A DNA stretch of 64,000 nt, taken from assembly GCA_902760805.1 (NCBI GenBank), contig CACWHY010000007.1, positions 9,588 through 73,587 on the forward strand, read 5' to 3'. Source of the stretch: Ruminococcus flavefaciens (GTDB lineage: Bacteria > Bacillota > Clostridia > Oscillospirales > Ruminococcaceae). Below, piece by piece: positions 1 to 8,567 of this stretch. The notes beneath the pieces are model-generated. The model had not been told where the DNA came from and did not search any database. It saw only the letters and a list, made by a program, of their open reading frames with translations. The position numbers and the translations under genes were made by a program. Positions within the stretch are counted from its first letter, which is position 1. Each line of letters starts with the position of its first letter.

Positions 1-396
1 AAGGAGAATATCGAGACCGGTGCGTATCTTTCCGATCAGCCGCTCGATATCGACGAGCTTCTGAAAACGCTGGGTCTGTTTGAGCATCGCTATAAGCTGC
101 CGAATCAGCTTTCCGGCGGACAGCAGCAGCGGGTCTCGATCGGCCGCGCGATCGTCAAAAATCCGGATATTCTGCTTTGCGATGAGCCGACCGGCGCACT
201 GGATTACACCACATCCAAAGAGATCCTTCAGCTGATCGAGGAGGTCAACCGAAAGTACAGCAATACGATCATCATGGTGACGCATAATGAAGCAATCCGG
301 CTCATGGCAGATCATGTCATCAAGCTGCGGGACGGAAAGATCCGCCACGATGACCGCATCACTAAAAAGATCTCCGCCGCTGAACTGGAATGGTAA
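1..396 (+). CDS. ABC transporter ATP-binding protein, C-terminal part (5' end outside window)
   Basis: Frame 1 is open from base 1 to TAA at 394-396. The translation contains the ABC signature [14 protein letters not shown], Walker [13 protein letters not shown] and H-loop VTHN. The gene ends 12 nt upstream of an FtsX permease gene. Confidence 0.9.
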   Translation, partial: KENIETGAYLSDQPLDIDELLKTLGLFEHRYKLPNQLSGGQQQRVSIGRAIVKNPDILLCDEPTGALDYTTSKEILQLIEEVNRKYSNTIIMVTHNEAIRLMADHVIKLRDGKIRHDDRITKKISAAELEW

Positions 397-408
397 GGGG
401 GGCGGATC

Positions 409-3144
409 ATGGAAACGGGAAAACGGCCGAAGAATCCGCTGCATAAGCGTGTCTGGCGTGATCTGCTCCGCGACTGGAAACGCTATCTGATGATCTTTCT
501 GATGCTGGTCGTGACGATCGGTTTTGTCTCAGGTATGTTTGTCGCAAATCACAGCATGATGTCCTCGCTGAACGAAAATGCGACGAAATTCCATCGCGAG
601 GACGGACATTTTGAGCTATCGCGCATTGCGGAGCCGGAGATCATTTCGGCGATCGAATCCGGCAAGAAGGCTGATATGGTCAGCATTTTCCGCAGCCGTG
701 CTTATGACGAAGCAGAGGACGAGATCGAAAAGGCAGTGCGGGATGCGATAGAAGAAAAAGTCCGTGAACAGGTCAAATCCGGGATCACGGAAACAGTCAC
801 GGAGACCGTAGATCAGCAGATCAGGATCTCCGGCGAAAAGCTGCCTGACGAAATGCGGCAGACGATGCTTGATGAAGCGCTGCGAACCGCAATGGACGAG
901 AACTATGAAGATGCGGTGCAGGAGGCGCTGGAGCAGGCATGGGACTCCGAAGAATATAAGGATGCGCTCAGTGAAGCGACCGACGAAGCGCATAAGGAGA
1001 TCGACGAAAAGATCGACGAGGAATATACAGAGATCGCTCAGCGCTATGAGCTGGATCAGAGCTTCGATCCCGTGCCGGTCAATGTATATGAACTGTTTTA
1101 TAAAAATGCCGATGAGCATATCGCCGAAAAGGATCCATATAAAGGCAAGATCCGCGTATACAGCGAACGCAGTGAGGTCGATCTCTACGATCTGCTTTCC
1201 GGCAGAGCGCCGGAGAATGAACACGAGATCATCATTGACCGAATGCACGCAGACAATGCCGGCATCAGAATAGGCGATACCGTAAAGGCAGGCAGTACGG
1301 AATTTGAGGTCGTCGGGCTTGCATCATTTACCGATTACATCACGCTTTATGAGAACAATACTGACACCATGTTTGATGCGCTGACCTTCGATGTCGGTAT
1401 GGTGACGGACGAGGGCTTTGAACGGATCAGCACTTCTCTGCACGCAAATTACGCATTCACATATAAGGAGAAGCCCGCAGATGTATCCGCAGAAAAAACG
1501 CTTTCCGATCACTTCCTGAAAGCACTCATCACACAGACTGCTGTATCCGAAAAGACCCTGGAGATCAAGGATTATGTTCCGGCGTATGCAAACAATGCGA
1601 TCAACTTCGCAGCGGATGACCTGGGCTCGGATATGGCAATGGGCGGCGTGCTGCTCTATATTCTGACGGCGGTCCTGGCGTTCATCTTTGCGGTCAGCAT
1701 CAGCAGTATGCTCGAAAAGGAAGCCTCCGTCATCGGAACGCTCCGTGCCTCCGGCTATACAAAAGGAGAACTGCTGCGCTATTATATGAGTGCGCCGCTG
1801 CTGGTCGTGATCCTTGCAGCGATCGTCGGCAATGTGCTGGGCTACACCGTTTTCAAGGAAGTCATCGTCGGGATGTACTACAACAGCTACAGCTTGCCGT
1901 CCTACGAAACGCTCTGGACACCGGAGGCATTCATCCGCACGACGGTCGTTCCGTTTGTGCTGATGCTGCTCATCAATTTCATTGTGATCGTTCGGAAGCT
2001 GCGGCTCTCCCCGCTGCGCTTCCTGCGGCATGATCTCAAAAAGACGCACCGCAAGAAAGCGATCCGCCTGCCGCGCTGGAGCTTCTTCCGGCGGTTCCGG
2101 CTGCGTGTATTTTTGCAGAATCTCCCGAATTATCTGATGCTGTTTATCGGTATCACATTTGTCATGCTGCTGCTTTCGATGGCAGTCGGAATGCCCTCGA
2201 CGCTCTCTTACTATCAGGAGCGGATGCCGGATATGATGTTCGCCAAGGAACAGGTCATCCTGTCGGACTATCTGGATGAGGACGGCGGGATCATCAAGAC
2301 AAAAGCGGACAGCGCAGAGCCGTTCTCGATCAGCTCACTCGAATACCGCACCGAAAAATACAATGAGGAGATCTCGGTCTACGGCATTGTGGAAAACAGC
2401 AGATACATTGATATCACAGTGCCGGAGCATGACGATGAAATGTGGATCTCAACAGCATTTTCCGCCAAGTATCATCTGAATACCGGCGACAGCTTCACGC
2501 TCTCCGAGAAATACGAAAACAAGCAGTATACATGGAAAGTCGCGGGTGTTTATACCTATGATGCAGCGCTCGCAGTGTTCATGCCAAACGACCGATTCAA
2601 TGAGATCTTTGAACGGGATGCAGAGGCATTCAGCGGCTATCTTTCAGATGAAACGATCACCGATATTGATGAAAAGAGCATTGTCAAGCGCATCACTGCG
2701 GATGATATGGTGAAGATCGCAAAACAGCTCGATCACTCGATGGGCAGCTATATGCTGTATTTCCAGTATGTCTGCATGATCGTTGCCGCGATCATCCTCT
2801 ATCTGCTGACGAAGATCATTATTGAGAAAAATGAGCGTCCGATCGCAATGGTCAAGATCCTCGGCTATGAAGACGGCGAGATCTCGCGGCTGTATCTTAT
2901 CACAACAGCGGTCGTTGTCATCATTTCAGAGTTTGCAGCAATGGCACTCGGCTATCTGCTGATGAAGATCTTCTGGGGCATCATGATGCGCACACTCGGC
3001 GGATATTTCGCATTCATCATGAAGCCGGAGGGCTTTATCAGGGAATTTGTACTTGTCACTGCCGCATATCTCGTCATCACTGTTTTCGATTTCATCCGCA
3101 TCAAGCATATTCCGAAGGTGCTTGCGCTGAAAAATGCGGAGTAA
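409..3144 (+). CDS. ABC transporter permease, FtsX/MacB type, with a long acidic helical insert
   Basis: 911-aa ORF directly after the ABC ATPase. It has an N-terminal TM (YLMIFLMLVVTIGFVSGMFV) and two clusters of FtsX-like TM helices (about res 430-560 and 790-905). Confidence 0.85.
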   Translation: METGKRPKNPLHKRVWRDLLRDWKRYLMIFLMLVVTIGFVSGMFVANHSMMSSLNENATKFHREDGHFELSRIAEPEIISAIESGKKADMVSIFRSRAYDEAEDEIEKAVRDAIEEKVREQVKSGITETVTETVDQQIRISGEKLPDEMRQTMLDEALRTAMDENYEDAVQEALEQAWDSEEYKDALSEATDEAHKEIDEKIDEEYTEIAQRYELDQSFDPVPVNVYELFYKNADEHIAEKDPYKGKIRVYSERSEVDLYDLLSGRAPENEHEIIIDRMHADNAGIRIGDTVKAGSTEFEVVGLASFTDYITLYENNTDTMFDALTFDVGMVTDEGFERISTSLHANYAFTYKEKPADVSAEKTLSDHFLKALITQTAVSEKTLEIKDYVPAYANNAINFAADDLGSDMAMGGVLLYILTAVLAFIFAVSISSMLEKEASVIGTLRASGYTKGELLRYYMSAPLLVVILAAIVGNVLGYTVFKEVIVGMYYNSYSLPSYETLWTPEAFIRTTVVPFVLMLLINFIVIVRKLRLSPLRFLRHDLKKTHRKKAIRLPRWSFFRRFRLRVFLQNLPNYLMLFIGITFVMLLLSMAVGMPSTLSYYQERMPDMMFAKEQVILSDYLDEDGGIIKTKADSAEPFSISSLEYRTEKYNEEISVYGIVENSRYIDITVPEHDDEMWISTAFSAKYHLNTGDSFTLSEKYENKQYTWKVAGVYTYDAALAVFMPNDRFNEIFERDAEAFSGYLSDETITDIDEKSIVKRITADDMVKIAKQLDHSMGSYMLYFQYVCMIVAAIILYLLTKIIIEKNERPIAMVKILGYEDGEISRLYLITTAVVVIISEFAAMALGYLLMKIFWGIMMRTLGGYFAFIMKPEGFIREFVLVTAAYLVITVFDFIRIKHIPKVLALKNAE

Positions 3145-3440
3145 CATCGGTGAGTGTCCGACCGTGTATTTATCATTCGCATAATGACGGTTGGCTTACA
3201 GCGAAGTGATCCTTCCATATCCCTTAACTGCATAACATCAATAGCATAAAGAGCATATACAAGGGTGATCTCACGCTTGCATATGCTCTTATTTTATCAA
3301 ATTTGGCTCTGTTTATTATTGGGGCTGCTCGATGGCTGTTTGACATTGGTATCCTGAAGCCCTCTATCCCCATAGGATGAAGGAGAATGACTGTTTGAGC
3401 TGTCTCATTTCCGTGTTTGTGAATGTACATATTTTCCTCC

Positions 3441-4085
3441 TCATTCCGGCTTTCTTACAACGCAGTGCAGGCGGCAGAAGCCACGTTTCTCAAAGGACTC
3501 CATGTGAAGTCCTGCATTTCTACTCAGCTCCCTGATGTCCTCTCTGCCGTATATCCGCACATCGCCCTTTCCGATAAGGTGGGCAAGGGGCATCTCGATC
3601 GTGTTGCAGAACCAGCGCACTGCTGCTGAATTCATGGTCATATCACGAAGCACAAGTCTTCCGCCGGGACGGAGCACACGGCTCACGCTGTTAAAAAAGT
3701 CATGTGGGTTTGGGTAATGGTGGAAGCTCTCACAGCAGATCACCACATCGAATGAATTTGCCTCAAAGGGAAGATTTTCGCAGTCTCCCACCACAAGCTC
3801 CACATTTTTCAAAGCCTTTCGCTTGGCGACCTCTATCATTTTCGGTGTCAGATCAATTCCCGTGTAATGCTTCTCCGGATACTTTTCGTGGAGCAGAGTC
3901 AGCATAGGACCCGTTCCGCAGCCGCAGTCCAGAAGATCGTTGAAGGGCTCCTTTTCAAGCTCCGCAAGCACATCGGGATAGTCCTTTTTGCACATATTGT
4001 AGACTCCGGCATTGTCCGATTCATAGATCTCCGCCGCCTTTGTGAACTCGCTCATGGTCAGGTCTTTGTATTCTTTTGCAGTCAT
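3441..4085 (-). CDS. class I SAM-dependent methyltransferase
   Basis: SAM-binding motif LLDCGCGTGP. The start is set at MTAKEYK (ATG at 4085), which is preceded by GAGGAG. The upstream in-frame ATGs lie at or before the predicted transcription start. Confidence 0.85.
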   Translation of the reverse strand: MTAKEYKDLTMSEFTKAAEIYESDNAGVYNMCKKDYPDVLAELEKEPFNDLLDCGCGTGPMLTLLHEKYPEKHYTGIDLTPKMIEVAKRKALKNVELVVGDCENLPFEANSFDVVICCESFHHYPNPHDFFNSVSRVLRPGGRLVLRDMTMNSAAVRWFCNTIEMPLAHLIGKGDVRIYGREDIRELSRNAGLHMESFEKRGFCRLHCVVRKPE

Positions 4086-4115
4086 ATCAACACTCCTCAT
4101 ATCATTAGCTTTTAT

Positions 4116-4131
4116 GTTAGTTTCCACTAAC
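4116..4131. promoter_or_regulatory. operator-like inverted repeat GTTAG-N6-CTAAC in the methyltransferase leader
   Basis: Perfect 5+5 inverted repeat gttagtttccactaac, located between the predicted -10 (4135-4140) and the RBS of the minus-strand methyltransferase gene. Confidence 0.4.
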
Positions 4132-4134
4132 TAT

Positions 4135-4163
4135 ATTATAGCACATTTTATTTCGTTTTGCAA
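4135..4163 (-). promoter_or_regulatory. sigma-70-type promoter of the methyltransferase gene
   Basis: The minus strand reads TTGCAA-17 nt-TATAAT. Confidence 0.5.
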
Positions 4164-4278
4164 GACTTTTCGTTATATTGTGCCCTGTTATTTATGAACC
4201 TCAATAATTATTTCCGCTGTCTTTTTACATTATTCATCCTGTCTATCCTGAAATTGGCTATATCGTCATGTTTTTGCT

Positions 4279-4462
4279 ATGGGGCTTGAAAACGGTTATG
4301 ATACGGTCGTCGGCGGAGCAGGCGGACATCTTTCAGACGATATGGCTCTTTCAGGCGGACAGAAACAGCGTGTCGCCATTGCCTCAGCAATAGCGGCAGC
4401 TTTCGGATCCGGGCAGTTCGGTGCTTGTTTCGACTCATGATCCCAGATCCATAGAACAGTGA
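4279..4462 (+). pseudogene. eroded fragment of an ABC exporter ATP-binding domain
   Basis: A short ORF encodes [30 protein letters not shown] (Q-loop-distal and signature region). An H-loop-like VLVSTHD follows in the +1 frame only about 20 codons later. There is no Walker A, no Walker B and no TMD. Confidence 0.6.
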
Positions 4463-4659
4463 TGTGATCATACGCTCAGGATAAAGAAAGGCGGGGAGGC
4501 TTCGTTTAAGTAGCGGAGTACGGATACCTTGTATCATCAGGTGGTATGCTGTGCTATATATTTCACATTCAGTGTCAGGAAGCTCAATGAGAAATAAACC
4601 AATACAAAAATAATCAGAGAAAGCCGTTCATTCTTGGACGGTTTTTTTGTGAGAAAGAC

Positions 4660-4688
4660 TTGAAAAAGCTGTTAGCATATGCTATAAT
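4660..4688 (+). promoter_or_regulatory. sigma-70-type promoter of the second ABC/FtsX operon
   Basis: TTGAAA-17 nt-TATAAT, about 50 nt upstream of the ATG at 4736 (RBS AGGAGG). Confidence 0.55.
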
Positions 4689-4714
4689 ATAAACGGGAGT
4701 TAGCAGTCGCTAAC
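4673..4714. promoter_or_regulatory. two operator-like palindromes overlapping or following the -10
   Basis: TAGCATATGCTA (4673-4684) is a perfect 12-mer overlapping the -10. GTTAGC-agtc-GCTAAC (4699-4714) lies just downstream of the -10. Confidence 0.4.
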
Positions 4715-4735
4715 CATAAGTTAGGAGGAAAAATA

Positions 4736-5437
4736 ATGTCAGCAGTTGAGTTTATTGATGTTGTTAAAATATACGGTAAAGGCGAGGGCAAGCAGGTCGC
4801 AGTCGATCATGTGAGCTTTACCATTGAAAAGGGAGAGTTCGTGGTCATACTGGGGCAATCTGGTGCAGGAAAGTCAACTGTTCTGAATATGCTTGGCGGT
4901 ATGGATGTTCCAACAGAGGGAAAGGTCATTGTTGACGGCAGAGAAATATCTTCCTACAATGACAAACAGCTTTCGGAGTACCGTGCTGATACTATCGGGT
5001 TTATATTTCAGTTCTACAATCTTCTTCCCGGATTGACTGCGTATGAAAATGTCGCACTTGTCAAGGATATCAAGAGATCTGCTCTCAGTCCCGATGAGAT
5101 GCTTGAACGTGTGGGACTTGCCGACCAGAAAAACAAGTTCCCTACACAGATGTCAGGCGGACAGCAGCAGAGGGTGTCAATTGCGAGAGCACTTGCCAAA
5201 GATCCGAAGATGATCCTCGGCGATGAGCCTACAGGTGCGCTGGATTCAGAAACGGGAAAGCTGGTCATCGATATGCTGCAAAAGCTGTCAACAGAACACG
5301 GAAATACGGTCATTCTCGTTACCCATAATGCAGATATCGCAAAGTGTGCTAACCGTATCATTCACATGAGGAACGGCAAGATCAAGTCGATCAAGACCAA
5401 TGATAAGCCTATGTCAGTGAATGACATCGAATGGTGA
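4736..5437 (+). CDS. ABC transporter ATP-binding protein (MacB/FtsE-like)
   Basis: Walker A GQSGAGKST, signature [14 protein letters not shown], Walker [13 protein letters not shown] and H-loop VTHN. Confidence 0.9.
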   Translation: MSAVEFIDVVKIYGKGEGKQVAVDHVSFTIEKGEFVVILGQSGAGKSTVLNMLGGMDVPTEGKVIVDGREISSYNDKQLSEYRADTIGFIFQFYNLLPGLTAYENVALVKDIKRSALSPDEMLERVGLADQKNKFPTQMSGGQQQRVSIARALAKDPKMILGDEPTGALDSETGKLVIDMLQKLSTEHGNTVILVTHNADIAKCANRIIHMRNGKIKSIKTNDKPMSVNDIEW

Positions 5438-5447
5438 GGTGACGGCG

Positions 5448-7742
5448 ATGCTCAAACGTAAAATGCTGCGTGACATCAAAGCCAACTTTGCGCAGTTCTT
5501 TTCCATCATGCTTTTGTCCCTGATCGCCATGTGGTGCTATACGGGATTTCAGGCGAATGTCATCGGCGGCAACAAGGCGAGAGCCGATTTCGAGAGTAAC
5601 TCAAACTTCGCTGACGGCTGGATATACGGTGCAGACTTCAGTGAGGAACAGGCAACGAAAATTGCGGATATAAGCGGTATGAAAGATGTTCAGCTCCGCA
5701 CCGAGATCCTAGGAAAAGCCGATGAAAAATACAATACAGCGGAGATGTACTGCTATTTTCAGAACAACACAGATGTCACGATCCCGAGGACTGTTGAAGG
5801 TGCAGACTTTGATGCAAACGACGAAAATGGCTTGTGGCTGTTCAGCAGATTTGCCGAGACATGGGGCATAAAAGTTGGTGACAAATTCACTGTTCATGTA
5901 ATGGGACTGGACATTGAAAAAGAGGTCAAGGGACTTATCGTCACACCCGAATATGAATTCGCCTGTGCTTCAACTGATACGGATTCTGATTTTCATAACA
6001 TCGGATTTGCCTATTTATCGCCAAAAGTTCTGCCGGAAGAAATGCGTATCAATAATGAGATGATATTCACCTGCGACGGAAAAGCACTCAGCTATGAGGA
6101 CGAGATCGCAAAGGCACTTGATGACAACTACGCATATCTTGCCGACCGAAACAGTATCCGTGGGTGGTATCAGCTTTCGGACGAACTTGCACAGCATGAC
6201 AGCTTTTCGTACATATTCTCTTTCGTGTTTGTATCGATCGCGCTGCTTGTTATCATGACTACAATGAAGCGAATGATCGCTCAGCAGAGGACGCAGATAG
6301 GCACGCTCAACGCTCTGGGTATGAAAAAGCGAAAGATCCTGTTTCACTATCTCAGCTACAGCTTTGTGCTTTCGGTGATCGGCTGTGCTTTGGGTAATAT
6401 TCTTGGTGTGCTGACATTCGGCAGGCTTATGGTCAATATGTTCAGCCAGTTCTATACCGTTCCGAACTGGCAGCCGGGATTTAGCTACAAAAGTATCATT
6501 GTTGCGGCAGTTCTTGTTCTGATATGCACGGGAACTTCATATTTCAGCTGCAAGCAGATACTGAAGATACACCCGTCTGAGGCGCTCAGACCTGCGGCTG
6601 CGAAAACTGCGAGACCTTGTATTTTTGAGAAACTTCCTTTCTGGAACAAGCTGAGTTTCAATGCAAGATACAATCTGCGTGACATCTCACGCTCGAAAAT
6701 GCGTGCATTTATGGGCATTTTCGGCACCTGCATGGGTATGATGATAATGGAGCTTGGGCTTGGCGCATATGATACGGTGGATCATGTCCGTGACTGGTAT
6801 TTTCACGATATACAGAACTATGAGTATCAGGTCATTCTCAATGACAGCTGTACTCCCGAACAGGCTGAGGAGCTGAAGATCGAGACTGACGGTGAGCTTA
6901 TCGCCATGGAGGCGGTGTCCATTGCCGCAAAGGACCACCCGACTTCCGACGGTATCATAAGCTGCAAGCTGGCAGTCACCGAAGGAGAACAGCTTTACTG
7001 CGTTTCCGATACAGAACTAAATACAACGCCTATCCCGAAAGGCACAGTCGCACTCACCATGAAACAGGCGAAAAAGCTGGGACTGTCCGTGGGCGATAAG
7101 GTGTACTGGAAAACTGCAACAGGCAGCAAATGGAATGAGAGCAAGATCGGACTTATCTCACGCCACCCGAATATAACAGGATCAACAATGCTCCGTGAAG
7201 ATTACGAAGCTGCCGGAATGGAGTTCCGTCCTGTTATGCTCGTTTCAAAAAATGACTGCGAAAATGTTGCAGATAATGAGTGTGTTTCCGCAGTTCACAG
7301 CATGAAAGACCTGGTGGCGGCTTTTGACAAAATGATGGAGATCATGGATCTGCTCGTATATTTCATGGTCATATTCTCCGTTCTGCTTATAGTCATAGTT
7401 CTCTATAATTCGGGAAATCTGTCATTCAACGAACGTGAGAAGGAGTTTGCAACACTGAAAGTTCTCGGTTTCAAGAGCAGTGCCATACGCAAACTTCTCT
7501 CCACGCAGAATTTATGGCTGTCCATGATCGGTGTTATATGCGGAATTCCCCTCGGACGTGTTCCGTTACAGGCTATGATGGACTCAAACGGTGATGCCGT
7601 AGACTGGCCATGCTATATTGCACCCACAACATTCATGATCTCGGCGATATTTGTAATGACAGTATCCGTCCTTGTCAGCTTCCTGTTCTCACGCAGGATA
7701 AAGAGGATAGACATGGTTGAAGTGCTGAAAGGCATGGAATAA
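5448..7742 (+). CDS. ABC transporter permease, FtsX family (two FtsX modules)
   Basis: Starts MLKRKMLRDIKANF, typical of FtsX permeases. It has TM clusters mid-protein and at the C-terminus, and it follows the ATPase gene. The ORF-track start at 5421 would overlap the ATPase gene, so the ATG at 5448 is preferred. Confidence 0.85.
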   Translation: MLKRKMLRDIKANFAQFFSIMLLSLIAMWCYTGFQANVIGGNKARADFESNSNFADGWIYGADFSEEQATKIADISGMKDVQLRTEILGKADEKYNTAEMYCYFQNNTDVTIPRTVEGADFDANDENGLWLFSRFAETWGIKVGDKFTVHVMGLDIEKEVKGLIVTPEYEFACASTDTDSDFHNIGFAYLSPKVLPEEMRINNEMIFTCDGKALSYEDEIAKALDDNYAYLADRNSIRGWYQLSDELAQHDSFSYIFSFVFVSIALLVIMTTMKRMIAQQRTQIGTLNALGMKKRKILFHYLSYSFVLSVIGCALGNILGVLTFGRLMVNMFSQFYTVPNWQPGFSYKSIIVAAVLVLICTGTSYFSCKQILKIHPSEALRPAAAKTARPCIFEKLPFWNKLSFNARYNLRDISRSKMRAFMGIFGTCMGMMIMELGLGAYDTVDHVRDWYFHDIQNYEYQVILNDSCTPEQAEELKIETDGELIAMEAVSIAAKDHPTSDGIISCKLAVTEGEQLYCVSDTELNTTPIPKGTVALTMKQAKKLGLSVGDKVYWKTATGSKWNESKIGLISRHPNITGSTMLREDYEAAGMEFRPVMLVSKNDCENVADNECVSAVHSMKDLVAAFDKMMEIMDLLVYFMVIFSVLLIVIVLYNSGNLSFNEREKEFATLKVLGFKSSAIRKLLSTQNLWLSMIGVICGIPLGRVPLQAMMDSNGDAVDWPCYIAPTTFMISAIFVMTVSVLVSFLFSRRIKRIDMVEVLKGME

Positions 7743-7766
7743 AAATGAAAAAGGCAAGGTGTCAGA

Positions 7767-8141
7767 ATGAAACAGACAAGACCTAAGTGTGATGCAGCAG
7801 AAGCAACGTATACTGAGCGACAGCTTGCCGAAAATACATTTTCCTTTTGTATGGAGCATAAACAGGAGCATTTTACGATCTTGTTCCTTGCAGCCCGTGC
7901 AGGTGTTTCTCCTACAAAGCTCAAGCAGGTATACCGCTGTGTTTACGGCACCCCATTATTTGCGCATATCCGCAGAGAGAAGATGCTTTTTGCTGCCCAA
8001 AGGTTAGCTAGCTCTAACGACAAGATCATTGATATCGCCGAAGCCTGCGGTTATGACAATGCGAGCAAATTTTCTGCGGCATTTCGCAGCGCCCTGGGCT
8101 GTACGCCCACAGAATACCGCCGCCGTGTCCGTTTGGAGTAG
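7767..8141 (+). CDS. AraC-family helix-turn-helix domain protein (no sensor domain)
   Basis: The C-terminal two-HTH pattern IIDIAEACGYDNASKFSAAFRSALGCTPTEYRR is typical of AraC/XylS. The protein is only 124 aa. Confidence 0.7.
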   Translation: MKQTRPKCDAAEATYTERQLAENTFSFCMEHKQEHFTILFLAARAGVSPTKLKQVYRCVYGTPLFAHIRREKMLFAAQRLASSNDKIIDIAEACGYDNASKFSAAFRSALGCTPTEYRRRVRLE

Positions 8142-8213
8142 AAAGCGCATCATTACTATGCTATAATGAAACAAATGGAGTGAAAGCTCCGGAATAAAAA
8201 AGAGGTGATCTGT

Positions 8214-8519
8214 ATGAGCCGTTTACCTTGGGCAAAGCTCGGTTTGTTTGCAGGCGGTGTACTGTTTGGTACAGCAGGGATCAAGATCCTGAGCAGCAAG
8301 GATGCGAAAAAGTGCTATACAAATGCGACCGCAGCCGTTCTTCGTGCAAAGGACTGCGTGATGGAAACCGTCACAACTGTGCGTGAAAACTGCGATGATA
8401 TTCTCAGCGATGCAAAGGACATCAATGCAGAACGTGCTGCTGCCGATGAAGAAGCTGTCATTGCGGATGCAGCTGAAACTGTCATTGAAGATGCTGCTCC
8501 GGAGTCAGCAGAAGAATAA
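8214..8519 (+). CDS. small membrane-anchored protein with an acidic tail (function unknown)
   Basis: ATG at 8214 lies 8 nt after AGAGG. The N-terminus has a hydrophobic segment LGLFAGGVLFGTAGIKIL, followed by a helical, acidic C-terminus. Confidence 0.5.
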   Translation: MSRLPWAKLGLFAGGVLFGTAGIKILSSKDAKKCYTNATAAVLRAKDCVMETVTTVRENCDDILSDAKDINAERAAADEEAVIADAAETVIEDAAPESAEE

Positions 8520-8526
8520 CCAGATG

Positions 8527-8551
8527 CAGACCGCTCCGGCGGTCTGTTTTA
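8527..8551 (+). terminator. intrinsic terminator/attenuator between the small gene and the P-type ATPase
   Basis: cagaccgc-tccg-gcggtctg forms an 8-bp stem and is followed by TTTT. It sits 17 nt before the ATPase ATG. Confidence 0.6.
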
Positions 8552-8567
8552 TTGTGAGGTGTTGGAA

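Noticed and set aside
3224-3430. A minus-strand ORF beginning MYIHKHGNETAQTVILLHPMG, which resembles the N-terminus of an alpha/beta hydrolase.
   Set aside because: Only about 20 residues look family-like and the remainder is featureless. There is no nucleophile elbow (GxSxG). The similarity is too weak to call a gene or pseudogene without a database search, so it is mentioned only as possible decay.
5421-5447. The ORF-track start of the second FtsX permease at 5421, which overlaps the ATPase gene by 17 nt.
   Set aside because: The ATG at 5448 gives the conserved FtsX N-terminus MLKRKMLRDIK and avoids the overlap. The upstream extension (MTSNGEVTA) has no support.
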